Assembly (NCBI GenBank): GCA_963664825.1
Contig: OY761614.1
Coordinates: 2,784,001 to 2,848,000 of the forward strand
Reading direction: 5' to 3'
DNA from: an uncultured Holophaga sp.
Lineage (GTDB): Bacteria; Acidobacteriota; Holophagae; Holophagales; Holophagaceae
Length of the DNA stretch: 64,000 nucleotides
The notes under the pieces were generated by a model. That model was not told the DNA's origin. It saw only the letters and a program-made list of their open reading frames with translations, and did not search any database. Shown here piece by piece: positions 1 through 9,072 of the stretch (the stretch's first letter is position 1; each line of letters begins with the position of its first letter). The position numbers and the translations under genes were made by a program.

Positions 1-2
1 GC

Positions 3-1016
3 GCCGAAGCCAACCGGACCCTGCCTTCGGGCCTAGCTTTTCGTCTGGGCATTGGAGGGCGAGATCTGAAACCTCAAAATGTGGAAATCAAAGGAAATCT
101 CAGCAAGCAGACTGGGGCCTTCGCTTATGGCGTTGATCTCCAGTTCGCGAAGGCCTCCGGCTATTCCCTGGGCTTTCGCATCCAGGCCTCCTTTGGCCGG
201 GAACCTCGCACGGGGAAATGGGCCATGGATGGCCGTTCCATGGCGGGTCAGGGAGCCGTCTCCCTGGTCGCCTTCAAGGACAATAATGGCAACAAGGTCC
301 TGGATCCGGGAGAACCCGTGCTCCCAGAGACGCAGTTCAAGGTGGGCACGGCGGCCATCGAGAACGCCATCCAGGATTCGAAGGTCGTGTTCCGGCCCCA
401 ACTCTCCCGAGGCCAGGACACGCTGATCCGGGTGAACGAATCCAGTCTGGAGGATTCCTCTTTCCAGTCCACTGTGAAGGCTTATCGCATTCTGCCCAGA
501 TCCGGAAAGGTCATGCGCCTCGATTTCCCAATCACGGTGTTCGGCGAGATCAATGGCACGACTCGCATCCGCCGCACCCAAAAGCCTGAGGAATTCGGGG
601 GCCTCGAACTCGAACTCCTCCGGGCCAATGGCCAGCGGGTGAAGCTCTTCCGCAGTGCCTACGATGGTTTCTTCGAACTACGAGATTTGCCCATTGGAGA
701 CTATGTGCTCCGGGTGAGCTCCCAAGAAATTGAACGTTTAAAGATCCAGGAACCCCCCGCCAGGAAATTCCATATCACGAATGAGAAGAGTCTTTTCGAG
801 GGGCAGGACTTCATCGTCGAGGCTCCACAGCCCGCTCCGGATCCAACCCCCGCTGCGATGCCAACACCAACGGTCTCAGCGGACCCAGCCTCCGCGCCGT
901 CTGCCCCCAAAATCGTTCTCAATCCGGTTCCCGCTTCAGCAACCGATTCAAGACCACGTACAACCCCGATGCCAAGCCCGACACCGGATTCACCCGCACC
1001 CGGAGGAAAACCATGA
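3..1016 (+). CDS. 3' part of a large outer-membrane usher-like / carboxypeptidase-regulatory-like domain protein (runs off the left edge)
   Basis: Frame is open from position 3 to TGA 1016. Contains an SdrD/Cna-B-like motif (AFKDNNGNKVLDPGEP), a carboxypeptidase-regulatory-like segment (SAYDGFFELRDLPIGDYVL) and a Pro-rich tail. Overlaps the next gene (ATGA). Confidence 0.55.
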   Translation, partial: AEANRTLPSGLAFRLGIGGRDLKPQNVEIKGNLSKQTGAFAYGVDLQFAKASGYSLGFRIQASFGREPRTGKWAMDGRSMAGQGAVSLVAFKDNNGNKVLDPGEPVLPETQFKVGTAAIENAIQDSKVVFRPQLSRGQDTLIRVNESSLEDSSFQSTVKAYRILPRSGKVMRLDFPITVFGEINGTTRIRRTQKPEEFGGLELELLRANGQRVKLFRSAYDGFFELRDLPIGDYVLRVSSQEIERLKIQEPPARKFHITNEKSLFEGQDFIVEAPQPAPDPTPAAMPTPTVSADPASAPSAPKIVLNPVPASATDSRPRTTPMPSPTPDSPAPGGKP

Positions 1017-1942
1017 ACCGATCGCTTCTGTTCCGGATCATGTTCGGCGCACTGGCCTGTGCACCCGCATTCCCTCAGGCCAAGATGCTCCCACCCGAAA
1101 TTCAGATCATCCAGTCTATGAACTTTGCTGGGTTGCTGGTGAGCCCCTTGGGGGGTAGCATCACCCTGACTTCGGATGGTGCGCTCATCCCCGATGGTGA
1201 TGGCATCGTGCCAAGTTCCCAATCGACCTGCACCGAGGCTAGGTTCCGGCTCACCGGGCCTCCGGGGGCCACGTTCACCCTCCAGGTGGAACCCTCAACC
1301 CCCGTTCTCGTGGCTGCTGGGCGCTCTATTCGCCTGGCAGAATTTCACGCTTCTCTGCCATGGGCGCGAGGCACGGAGTTGCGAGGAACCTTCGATGCCA
1401 CAGGACAGGCCGAAGTTAAGCTCGGGGGCCGCCTCGATATACCCGCCGGAACCCCTCCTGGGCTCTATCGCGCGGCTCAGGTGAAGCTCCAACTCCAGGT
1501 TCCCGGCAGAGATGCGGCGAACCTGCCCTTCTTGATTTCTGCCCTGTTGCGGGCACCTTTATTCCTGACCTCCACAGGCACCTTGGATTTTGGAAGCATC
1601 ATCCCTGGCGACCAGATCGGGCGTTTCGATGTTTTGCCCTCAGGAGGCCATCAATCCCAGACCTCTGGACCGAGCCTATTCAGGGGTCTGCCTGCTCCTG
1701 CTTCTTTCCAACTCGATGGGCCCGTCGGCACGAGCTATTCCATTCAGCTGCCCAAGGGTGTTCAACTGCTGGGCCGCGGTCAATCACTTCGAGTTGAGAA
1801 CTTCACATGCAGCACGCCAATGAGCGGAGTCTTGCCTCCAGGTGGCCTCCGGTTCGGAGTCGGTGCCGGACTAGTCGTTCCTCCTGATCAGGTGCCAGGG
1901 GTTTATCGTAGTGTCTTTACGGTGACGGTGAATTACCTGTAA
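1013..1942 (+). CDS. Secreted protein with two DUF4402-like (fimbrial subunit-like) domains
   Basis: Signal peptide followed by two similar beta-rich units (MNFAG...GGRLDIP...PGLY and LDFG...VGAGLVVP...PGVYRSVFTVTVNY). Confidence 0.65.
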   Translation: MNRSLLFRIMFGALACAPAFPQAKMLPPEIQIIQSMNFAGLLVSPLGGSITLTSDGALIPDGDGIVPSSQSTCTEARFRLTGPPGATFTLQVEPSTPVLVAAGRSIRLAEFHASLPWARGTELRGTFDATGQAEVKLGGRLDIPAGTPPGLYRAAQVKLQLQVPGRDAANLPFLISALLRAPLFLTSTGTLDFGSIIPGDQIGRFDVLPSGGHQSQTSGPSLFRGLPAPASFQLDGPVGTSYSIQLPKGVQLLGRGQSLRVENFTCSTPMSGVLPPGGLRFGVGAGLVVPPDQVPGVYRSVFTVTVNYL

Positions 1943-1979
1943 TAAGATCAGGGGCCTCCACGGAGGCCCCTGATCTTAT
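1942..1979. terminator. Perfect 18-bp inverted repeat between convergent genes (bidirectional terminator or REP-like)
   Basis: ATAAGATCAGGGGCCTCC-AC-GGAGGCCCCTGATCTTAT. Confidence 0.7.
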
Positions 1980-2005
1980 GGGGAACGATTCCAAATTGGG
2001 AACAG

Positions 2006-2587
2006 TTACTGGGTCGTGAGGGTGCCAATCTTGAGGTCTGGCAAGGGGCCGATTGTATTGGTGGTGCCGTGGCTCAGAATTTGAGATTTGGTCAGATCCG
2101 GGGTCAGGGTGATGACCGAGCCGATGGCTTGACCGGTTTCCAGATCCAGGGCGATCTGGAGCAGGGGGCCGTTCAGAGTCTTGGTGGAACCGACACCGCG
2201 CTCGGTCACCACTACTTGCAGGCAGCCGCCGCTGAGTTTGCCTTTCACGATGGCGTTGCTGGCGAAGACGTTGCCATTGGTCACCAGCGCGGTGCCAGAG
2301 ACATTGCCCCAGGTCGCCTTGGTCGTGTCCAGGTTCAGCGTAAGCACGACTCCGCTGCCCGTGACAGGGGTGACTGGGCCATAGAGGTCCAACACCAGGT
2401 GAGTGCCGGAAATACTGTTCTTCTTTAAACAGAAAGACGTAGCCGGGACGCCCGCAGGGTCGGTGTAGGCAATCACCGTAGCGATTGGCGTGGGAGGAGG
2501 TGTCGACTTGCTGCTGCCACCTCCGCAGGCTAGGAGATACAGCAAGGAGATCGAAGGAAAGGCGAGGATGCGAAGGCGCTGGGTCAT
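2006..2587 (-). CDS. Putative lipoprotein
   Basis: Lipobox-like LLAC followed by GGGSS and a Pro/Thr linker; lies directly downstream of the M6 protease gene. Confidence 0.65.
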   Translation of the reverse strand: MTQRLRILAFPSISLLYLLACGGGSSKSTPPPTPIATVIAYTDPAGVPATSFCLKKNSISGTHLVLDLYGPVTPVTGSGVVLTLNLDTTKATWGNVSGTALVTNGNVFASNAIVKGKLSGGCLQVVVTERGVGSTKTLNGPLLQIALDLETGQAIGSVITLTPDLTKSQILSHGTTNTIGPLPDLKIGTLTTQ

Positions 2588-2598
2588 GGGTTTCTCGA

Positions 2599-5466
2599 TC
2601 AGAAGCCGAGGCTCTTGAGTAGCAGGTTGAGATCGGCTTCGCCGACGGTGGCATCTCCATTCAGGCGAGAACGGCTGGTCGTTGTGCCCCAGTCCAGCGC
2701 CAGGGTGAGGATATCCCTGAGATCGAAGACCGCATCCCCATTCACATCCAGCGTCTTGACTGTGAGGACCGAGGTGGCGGTCTTGGTGGGGTATAGAGAA
2801 TTGGTGAGGGTCACTGTGGCGCTGGTATCGGTGAGTTGATTGGCAAAGGGGGGGGCCGTGTATGTGTTACTGAGTCCTGAGTCGGCACTCAGTGAACCCG
2901 GGCCTGAAAGGCTCCATCGGATGGTTCCGTTGCTGGTGGTGCCCGCGAGGGCCAAGGCTGCACCGTAAACCAGGGTGGCGGTGGGATGATCCACAGAGAG
3001 GGCTATTGTGGTCGGCTCCACCAGGGTGAGCGTGGCCGTGCCTGGCACATTGGGAGTCTCCACGGGTGTGGCCGTCAGGGTATAGATCCCGGCCGTGTTG
3101 CTGGTCGTCAGTGTGGTTGCCACGCCACTGGCGGTCTGGGGAGCATTGAAACTGCCCCCGCCAGCGCTGATGGTCCAGTTGACCCTGTTATCACTCTGGA
3201 AGTTGGAAAGGGTCGCAGTGAAGGGCAGCAATGCGCCGATGAGGGCCGTGGTGCTCGCGGGCAGGATGGTGGCCGTGGTGTTTGTGGTCCAGGAAACGTT
3301 ATCCACCCAAGCGCCATCGTTATCGGGAGCGCTAGCAAGATCCTTGGCGTAAGTCCAACGAAGCAAATGCGAACCTGCAGGAATGTTAAAGGTCTGCTGG
3401 GCAAAGTCGATGGTACCGCTGATTTTTCCGATCAATCCTCCTCCATCGACATTTGCGCTCTTTCCATCCACGTTAAAGGTGAGAAAGTCATAGTCGAGTT
3501 CGGAGTTTACTTTCCAGTAGAACGTCAGGATGCCCGGTCCTGTGACTCGTGTCTGGAGGTAGGTGCGGCTGCTATTCGGAATGACCGCGCTCCGGGCGCA
3601 ACTGCCGCCCAGATGTGAGGTGCTGGTGGTGGCGGTCCAGGGGCCCAGACTCGTGAACGTAAGATTGGCATTATCCAGCACCGCACGATCGAAGACGGGC
3701 AGCGCAATAGCTAGCGGGGCACTGGAATCGGACCAAGCGCTCTCCATGGAAAGACCATTCAGAACCGTCACCCGAGCATAAAGGGGAACGCCATCCTGCA
3801 CGCCCAGATCGGTGAGAGTCTTGGTCAGCGCATTGAATATGCGGCCATTGAAAATATCGCAGCCACCCAGCGATGTGCCCACCTGAAGGTGGTAGCCGGA
3901 GATGCCGGAATCGAGATCTACCGCATTCCCTTGGTTCCAGGTGAAGGTCATGGTGTCTTGCACGGTGGAAGCCACGGGCGCACTGGGGCGTCCCGTTGGC
4001 GGCGTCGGGTCGATGATCTGGGAAACATCGAAGGTCATGGTTGCGCCCGGATCCGAGATATTCTTTACGCCCATCCCCGTTGAAGCGCCGTCGTAGCGCA
4101 TGCTGTTGGGCAGGCTTGCGGGGCCAAAGGTCTTGCCGTTGATCCAGTAATCCCCGGCATTGACGTCAGCGGACAATGTTTCGATTTCCTCCAGGCCATC
4201 GGCCTCCATGAGACGTAGCAGCTTGTGGGCCGTGTAGGAGTTGTCGAATTGATAATCTGTGCCCGCGCTATTCAACCGCGAATCCACATGCCAGATCAGC
4301 AGGCCATCCGCAGGGTATTCCCTACTGGGATCGTTATCGTTCTGCACGCGCTGGCGGTTCTGGACCATGAAGAATTCTCCGAAGCTGCCGCCCGGATTGG
4401 TATCCATGATGACGGCGGCCTCGGGGGTGCTTCCTGAGGCCTGCAATGTCACACCTGGGGCGCCAGCGGTATAGACCGTGGGGGTGATCCAGTCTAATAA
4501 CCATTTGCTGAAGCAGTTATGGTCTCCCCAGTTGCCATGCATCATGTCCAGGCTTCCCACACCTCCCCCAGGGCCGACGGCGGTGTCGTAATCGTAGTAG
4601 TCGGGTAGGCCCAAGGCATGGCCCGTCTCATGGATGAGTACCCAGGGATCAAAATTTGGTGCCTTCCGGGTGGGGTAGCCCGCGTTGGAGACCCACTGCC
4701 AGACGTATTTCCCGAGAGTCTTTCCATTCAGCACGGGAGATGGGGTTTCGCTCCAGGCTGTCTGGTAGGCCCACCAGAAGTTGGCCCACCCGTTGTCGGG
4801 GCCTGTCCAGAGCACGGCGAAGAAATCAATCACGCCATCTCCGTTGTTGTCGTAATGGCTAAAGTCGTGTCCCACCTGAGCCTGCAAAGCCTCCCGGATG
4901 AGGTTCTCGCGCTGGGCATCCGTGGGATTGGTGCCCATGCTGGCACGGGTGTAGGAGGGCCGGTAGTAGGCCAGTACGTTTCCCGTCAGGGTGAGCAGAC
5001 CGTAGGAGGACCGGTAGTAGAAGCTCTTCAGGCTCTCGTAGGGAGCCGCCTGCACGCCATCGCCATCTCCGAAGATCCGCGAATCAATAGTCGCCGCCGT
5101 ATTGGCGGGGTCCGCGGGGTAGTCACTGAAATCGATCAGGAGCACGAACATCTTCGGCGTGCCCTTGGTGGGCATGCCTCGCCAGCTGCTGGGAGGGGCC
5201 GACAGGATCGAGGCTTGGTTGGGTATTTGCACGCCCTGGCTGGTCGCGAGGCTGCGCAAGCGCCGCTCCGCATCCAGAACCAGCTGGGGATCCACCCGAT
5301 GGTTCCCGATCCGTTCGGCCCGTTCCAGCCGTTTCTTCCATGTGCCATCGGCCTTGTACTGCCGGACCATCTCGGGGGTGGGGGGTGGCATGGCGGGCAG
5401 CCGCTGACCCAGGAGAACCATGAGCATTACGCCCACACTGAATAGGAATGACTTGGTGAGTTCCAC
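2599..5466 (-). CDS. M6 family (immune inhibitor A-like) secreted metalloprotease with FN3/Ig-like and dockerin-like C-terminal modules
   Basis: HETGHALGLPDYY zinc motif, MFVLLIDFSD, LDMMHG and GLLIWHVD motifs; C-terminal DVNGDAVFDLRD. Start placed at GTG 5466 (GGAG upstream); the ORF is open to 5613. Confidence 0.85.
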   Translation of the reverse strand: MELTKSFLFSVGVMLMVLLGQRLPAMPPPTPEMVRQYKADGTWKKRLERAERIGNHRVDPQLVLDAERRLRSLATSQGVQIPNQASILSAPPSSWRGMPTKGTPKMFVLLIDFSDYPADPANTAATIDSRIFGDGDGVQAAPYESLKSFYYRSSYGLLTLTGNVLAYYRPSYTRASMGTNPTDAQRENLIREALQAQVGHDFSHYDNNGDGVIDFFAVLWTGPDNGWANFWWAYQTAWSETPSPVLNGKTLGKYVWQWVSNAGYPTRKAPNFDPWVLIHETGHALGLPDYYDYDTAVGPGGGVGSLDMMHGNWGDHNCFSKWLLDWITPTVYTAGAPGVTLQASGSTPEAAVIMDTNPGGSFGEFFMVQNRQRVQNDNDPSREYPADGLLIWHVDSRLNSAGTDYQFDNSYTAHKLLRLMEADGLEEIETLSADVNAGDYWINGKTFGPASLPNSMRYDGASTGMGVKNISDPGATMTFDVSQIIDPTPPTGRPSAPVASTVQDTMTFTWNQGNAVDLDSGISGYHLQVGTSLGGCDIFNGRIFNALTKTLTDLGVQDGVPLYARVTVLNGLSMESAWSDSSAPLAIALPVFDRAVLDNANLTFTSLGPWTATTSTSHLGGSCARSAVIPNSSRTYLQTRVTGPGILTFYWKVNSELDYDFLTFNVDGKSANVDGGGLIGKISGTIDFAQQTFNIPAGSHLLRWTYAKDLASAPDNDGAWVDNVSWTTNTTATILPASTTALIGALLPFTATLSNFQSDNRVNWTISAGGGSFNAPQTASGVATTLTTSNTAGIYTLTATPVETPNVPGTATLTLVEPTTIALSVDHPTATLVYGAALALAGTTSNGTIRWSLSGPGSLSADSGLSNTYTAPPFANQLTDTSATVTLTNSLYPTKTATSVLTVKTLDVNGDAVFDLRDILTLALDWGTTTSRSRLNGDATVGEADLNLLLKSLGF

Positions 5467-6013
5467 GGAGCATCTCCGAGAGGCTTGGGCAAGTGGGAAA
5501 CCAGGGGAGCGGAATGGGGTCGAGGGCCATTTCTGGGCATCCTCGGAGGGAATTTGCTTTTGCCCAGGGAACGATTTGGGCGACCCACGGGATTGGATGC
5601 CGACCCTAAGCATATGTGAAAAACCTAATCGTAAATACGAATTTCGACTGCCTAATTCCTAACTCAAGGAAGGATCTTGAAGGCCTTTCCCGTGGATCAG
5701 GATCATCCTCCGGATCGAAGCACCGTCTCGTGATCTAGGGCCCGGAGTCTTGTGTTCTTCAAGTCATTCACCGACACGGCCTTTCGGGGATCTTTTCCGC
5801 AATGGTCGCGGATAACGGCGCGGAGCTGGGGATAAGGTGGTGCGATTTCAAGTCGGAAGGACACTGCACAGTTGCGAGTGCAGTGCCATCCCCGCGACCA
5901 TCGGCTAGCGGCAGGTTCCAGGTAGGGCACGGAGGGCAGCGCCGAATGAGCCCCGCCTCTACCGTCAAAATGCGGCAAATGCAGCCCTAGTCAAACCGGC
6001 TACATAGGCATCG

Positions 6014-6047
6014 AAAAGCCCCGAAACCAAGCGGTGACGGGGCTTTT
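6014..6047 (-). terminator. Rho-independent terminator just past the duplicated tRNA 3' end (probably the original tRNA-Thr terminator)
   Basis: AAAAGCCCCG...CGGGGCTTTT hairpin adjacent to the att repeat. Confidence 0.65.
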
Positions 6048-6050
6048 GAT

Positions 6051-6099
6051 TGGAGCCAACTATAGGATTCGAACCTACGACCTTCTGATTACGAATCAG
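6051..6099 (-). repeat. Attachment site: 49-bp duplicate of the tRNA-Thr 3' end
   Basis: 48/49 identical to 13963-14011; the single difference is T6084 vs G13996. Confidence 0.95.
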
Positions 6100-6187
6100 A
6101 AAGTCATGTTTCAATCATAATTGATAAAAGTTGAAAGTGTTGATACTGAAGATGTTATTTCGTTCAATATCGCAACTGTGTTCACCT

Positions 6188-6245
6188 TGGAACCGGTGGT
6201 TCCACCATGAAAGTGGAACCAGAGTAGAATTCAAAGTGGAACCAG
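6188..6245. promoter_or_regulatory. Cluster of (AAA)GTGGAACCA motifs, likely integrase arm-type sites
   Basis: AAAGTGGAACCAG at 6210-6222 and 6233-6245, an inverted copy TGGTTCCAC at 6197-6205, and the same motif at the other end of the element (13896-13918). Confidence 0.6.
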
Positions 6246-6260
6246 GAGGCTGGAGGGGGC

Positions 6261-7562
6261 ATGAGAAAGTCCGACCAAGAACTGACCACGACCATCTGCG
6301 AACGGACCAAGGCGACGGCCAAAAAACAATCCCTCTGGGATTCGAAAACCACCGGTCTTTGCCTGGTCATCACACCGATGAGGGAAGAGAAACGGGGCGG
6401 GAAGACCGTGACCATCGGCGGGGCCAAGACGTGGTATTTCGTGGCGCGCCGTGCTGATAAGCAGCTCTGGGTGAGGATTGGGGGCTTTGTCCCGAGGGGT
6501 GAGGGCTGGACGCTGGCGAGAGCCAGAACAGAAGCGGATCGCCTGCGCCTCATCCATGACCAGGGGCATGACGTGAAGGCGGCGAAGGCGAAGGAACGCA
6601 CACTTCCCACGGTGGCCAAGCTTGTTGAGGAATATAAAGAGGAGCTGCTTGGCAAGCTCAAGCCCAAGTCCCAGAAATGCGCAGAGGGATACCTGACACG
6701 CGAAATCCTGTCTCGCTTCAAGAATCGGTTGGTGGCTGAAATCGGCGTGGCAGACCTTCAGAAGATGCATGATGAGATTGCCGGGGCAGGGAAGCCATAC
6801 GCCGCCAATCGTGTGATAGCCGCTATGAGCAGGCTCTTGAACGTCGCGGAGAAGAAGGGTTGGCGTTCGATGGGGACGAACCCCACGACGCACGTCGAAC
6901 GAAGTCCTGAAACGGCGAGAAAGACGGTTCTTGATGTTGAGGGCTACGCTGCCACGGAGGTGGCCCTGGTGAAGCTTTGTGCCAAACCAGGGAAGCTTGA
7001 AGGACGCCGCCCATTCCGTCCCGCCGCCGCTGATGCGATTCGCTTCCTTGCCCTGACAGGGCTACGGCTGAATGAAGCTCTGCACCTGACATGGGCCGAT
7101 GTGGATCTGGTGAAGGGTTTCATGGTCATCCGTGACCACAAGACGGTCAAACAGCATGGGGAACGAACCCTTCCGCTCAACTCTCACGCCCTGGCCATCG
7201 TGAAGGCGCGAGAGGGGAAGAGCGTTAGCCCTTACATCTTCTGGGGCAAGCCCAGCGCCAAACAGGTGTTCAAGCCCTTCGTGGGGCTCCAACATGCCTG
7301 GGAACGTGTTCGAGAAGAGGCGAAGCTAGGCGATCTTCGGCTTCACGACTTCCGCAGGAGCTTCAACAGCGTGGCCGCAGAGCTGGGATACCCCGCCGCT
7401 GTGTTTGATACCCTTCTGGGCCATGCTCTGCCTGGAGTCCAGCAGGTCTACACCCGCTTGAATGTGGCTGGCATCCTCGCCACTGCCTCTCAGGACGTGG
7501 GCGACTGGATCAAGGCCGCGATGGATGGGCAGGCGCCGAAGCTGGGAGAGAAGCGGGTCTGA
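6261..7562 (+). CDS. int: Tyrosine recombinase / phage integrase (P4-like, with N-terminal arm-binding domain)
   Basis: Catalytic set R (LTGLRLNE), K (DHKT), HxxR (HDFRR), H (LLGH) and Y (QVY); N-terminal WDSKTTGL...GAKTW arm-binding-type segment; adjacent to att. Confidence 0.95.
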   Translation: MRKSDQELTTTICERTKATAKKQSLWDSKTTGLCLVITPMREEKRGGKTVTIGGAKTWYFVARRADKQLWVRIGGFVPRGEGWTLARARTEADRLRLIHDQGHDVKAAKAKERTLPTVAKLVEEYKEELLGKLKPKSQKCAEGYLTREILSRFKNRLVAEIGVADLQKMHDEIAGAGKPYAANRVIAAMSRLLNVAEKKGWRSMGTNPTTHVERSPETARKTVLDVEGYAATEVALVKLCAKPGKLEGRRPFRPAAADAIRFLALTGLRLNEALHLTWADVDLVKGFMVIRDHKTVKQHGERTLPLNSHALAIVKAREGKSVSPYIFWGKPSAKQVFKPFVGLQHAWERVREEAKLGDLRLHDFRRSFNSVAAELGYPAAVFDTLLGHALPGVQQVYTRLNVAGILATASQDVGDWIKAAMDGQAPKLGEKRV

Positions 7563-7583
7563 AGCCCAAGAAGGCACAAAGTA

Positions 7584-7612
7584 GGCCCCCATCCGACGAA
7601 GGACTGGGGGCC
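7584..7612 (+). terminator. Hairpin downstream of the integrase
   Basis: GGCCCCCA...TGGGGGCC inverted repeat. Confidence 0.4.
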
Positions 7613-7739
7613 AATTTAGGGTTGTGATGAGAACCACGGAACCATAAGTTCAGAAAAACAGGATGGATGTGAATCACGCAAAAAAGCGCTTGCATCTATT
7701 CTTGATCGATCCTATCTTTAGGTGTCGAGAAGGATTCGA

Positions 7740-8201
7740 ATGGGAAGGAAGAAGCTCGAAGAGGACCAAAAGAGGGTTTCTATTACGGTTCGTCTCCATC
7801 CAGAGGCACGAGAAATTGTAGAATCAATTTTGGATGCATTTAATAAAATAGCAATTGCATGCCCAGGACTACCATTGCTCTGGAAGGATTCACCCGCAGG
7901 GGAATGGCCTAATTCGAGATCCGATGCTGTAAATTGGTTATTGAGAAGAAGTGATCATACCGTTAATTGGATATTGAGACCACTAGCATCAGCCGCTATA
8001 GCTGGATTGGAAAATCAAAAAACTATCAAAATTATTAAAATATTAAAAGATGCTCTTGCTGATGGCAAAGACACTGAGCTTAAAACAATGGTTAACGCTG
8101 TAGAAATGTTCCTTGTGAATAAGGATGAAAACATAAGGGCAGACAAAGAACGGGTAAAGCAGTTGATAATAATATCAAAACAAGTTCAAGAGGAGACGTA
8201 A
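7740..8201 (+). CDS. Hypothetical protein with a ribbon-helix-helix-like N-terminus (possible regulator); AT-rich
   Basis: MGRKKLEEDQKRVSITVRLHPEAREIVESI; GAAGGA before ATG 7740; visibly lower GC than its flanks. Confidence 0.55.
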   Translation: MGRKKLEEDQKRVSITVRLHPEAREIVESILDAFNKIAIACPGLPLLWKDSPAGEWPNSRSDAVNWLLRRSDHTVNWILRPLASAAIAGLENQKTIKIIKILKDALADGKDTELKTMVNAVEMFLVNKDENIRADKERVKQLIIISKQVQEET

Positions 8202-8359
8202 ATAAAAGCTTCCCCCCATATCTGCCCAGTCTTGGCGGACGACAGAAGTGGGGGGGACCGAGCAGCACACCAAAGCACTAGCACCGGCTCCCCAATGATG
8301 GGCCAAGGGAACACCCGGTGCAACCTTCACGGCCCATCATCGCGGAAGGAATACCATCA

Positions 8360-8584
8360 ATGAAACCTCTCACCCCCAACATCCCGGCCCTGCCGACCCC
8401 GCAGGACTACCTGACCAGTCGTGAACTGGGCCTTCAATACCGCATGTCCTGAGCCTACCTGAGCATGATGAGGTGCCGTGGCGAAGGCCCCCGCTTCATG
8501 CGTCTTGGAGTGCGGAAGGTGCTCTACCTCCGTGCGGATGTGGAAGCCTGGATCCAGGCCCACGCGGTCGAAACGGCGAGCTAG
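8360..8584 (+). pseudogene. xis: Excisionase / AlpA-HTH_17-type protein interrupted by an in-frame TGA (8450-8452)
   Basis: My translation (absent from the ORF track): MKPLTPNIPALPTPQDYLTSRELGLQYRMS*AYLSMMRCRGEGPRFMRLGVRKVLYLRADVEAWIQAHAVETAS*; GGAAGGA RBS upstream. Confidence 0.8.
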
Positions 8585-8597
8585 GGGGATCACGACA

Positions 8598-9023
8598 ATG
8601 ACGACCACGAATAGCAAGACCACGCCGAAGGCCTGCCCGGAATTGAACACCATCACCCAAGGGGCCAGAAAGGGACTGCCCCTCTCCCGTCCTTGGGATG
8701 GGATCGGGATCAATACCTTCAGCCGAACCCATAGGAAGGTTCCAGCGCCTCAGACCTGCATCATTCCCGAACTCTGGGAAGCCGGAGAGGAACACTCGGT
8801 GATCTTGGCAGGTGACCGCGGTTCCCTTCCAGGGTGGCTCTTCGTCCCTGGTGACACGCTGCTTGACGGCTCTCCCGCCGTGCTTCTACTCCCGCGCCGA
8901 GCGACCCGAGCAACCCAGCGTGAAGCCCTCTTTGCGATCCGAGATTTCTACCACGCTCAGAACCTCATGGAGCGAAGACGCCAGAAAGCGGAACTGCTCG
9001 ACGTTGAAGTTGACCCGGGCTGA
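8598..9023 (+). CDS. Hypothetical element protein
   Basis: ATG 8598 with AGGGGG upstream, directly after xis; 141 aa. Confidence 0.55.
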   Translation: MTTTNSKTTPKACPELNTITQGARKGLPLSRPWDGIGINTFSRTHRKVPAPQTCIIPELWEAGEEHSVILAGDRGSLPGWLFVPGDTLLDGSPAVLLLPRRATRATQREALFAIRDFYHAQNLMERRRQKAELLDVEVDPG

Positions 9024-9072
9024 GAAGCACACGCATTCAATCGAAATCAATCATCCAATCGGAGAGATACCA

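Noticed and set aside
5620..6010. Short ORFs between the M6 protease gene and the att site
   Set aside because: No RBS or recognisable motifs; treated as intergenic.
6051..6099. Second tRNA-Thr gene
   Set aside because: Only the 3' 49 nt are present, without the D-arm or 5' acceptor strand; it is the att duplicate.
6198..6220. Resemblance of spacer 3 (GTTCCATCATTTGAAATGACGGAACC) to GGTTCCACCATGAAAGTGGAACC upstream of int
   Set aside because: Alignment needs several gaps, which is not compatible with a protospacer; both are simply GTTCC...GGAAC inverted repeats.
8478..8597. N-terminal extension of the 8478-9023 ORF
   Set aside because: Overlaps the xis frame; ATG 8598 with its own RBS is the better start.
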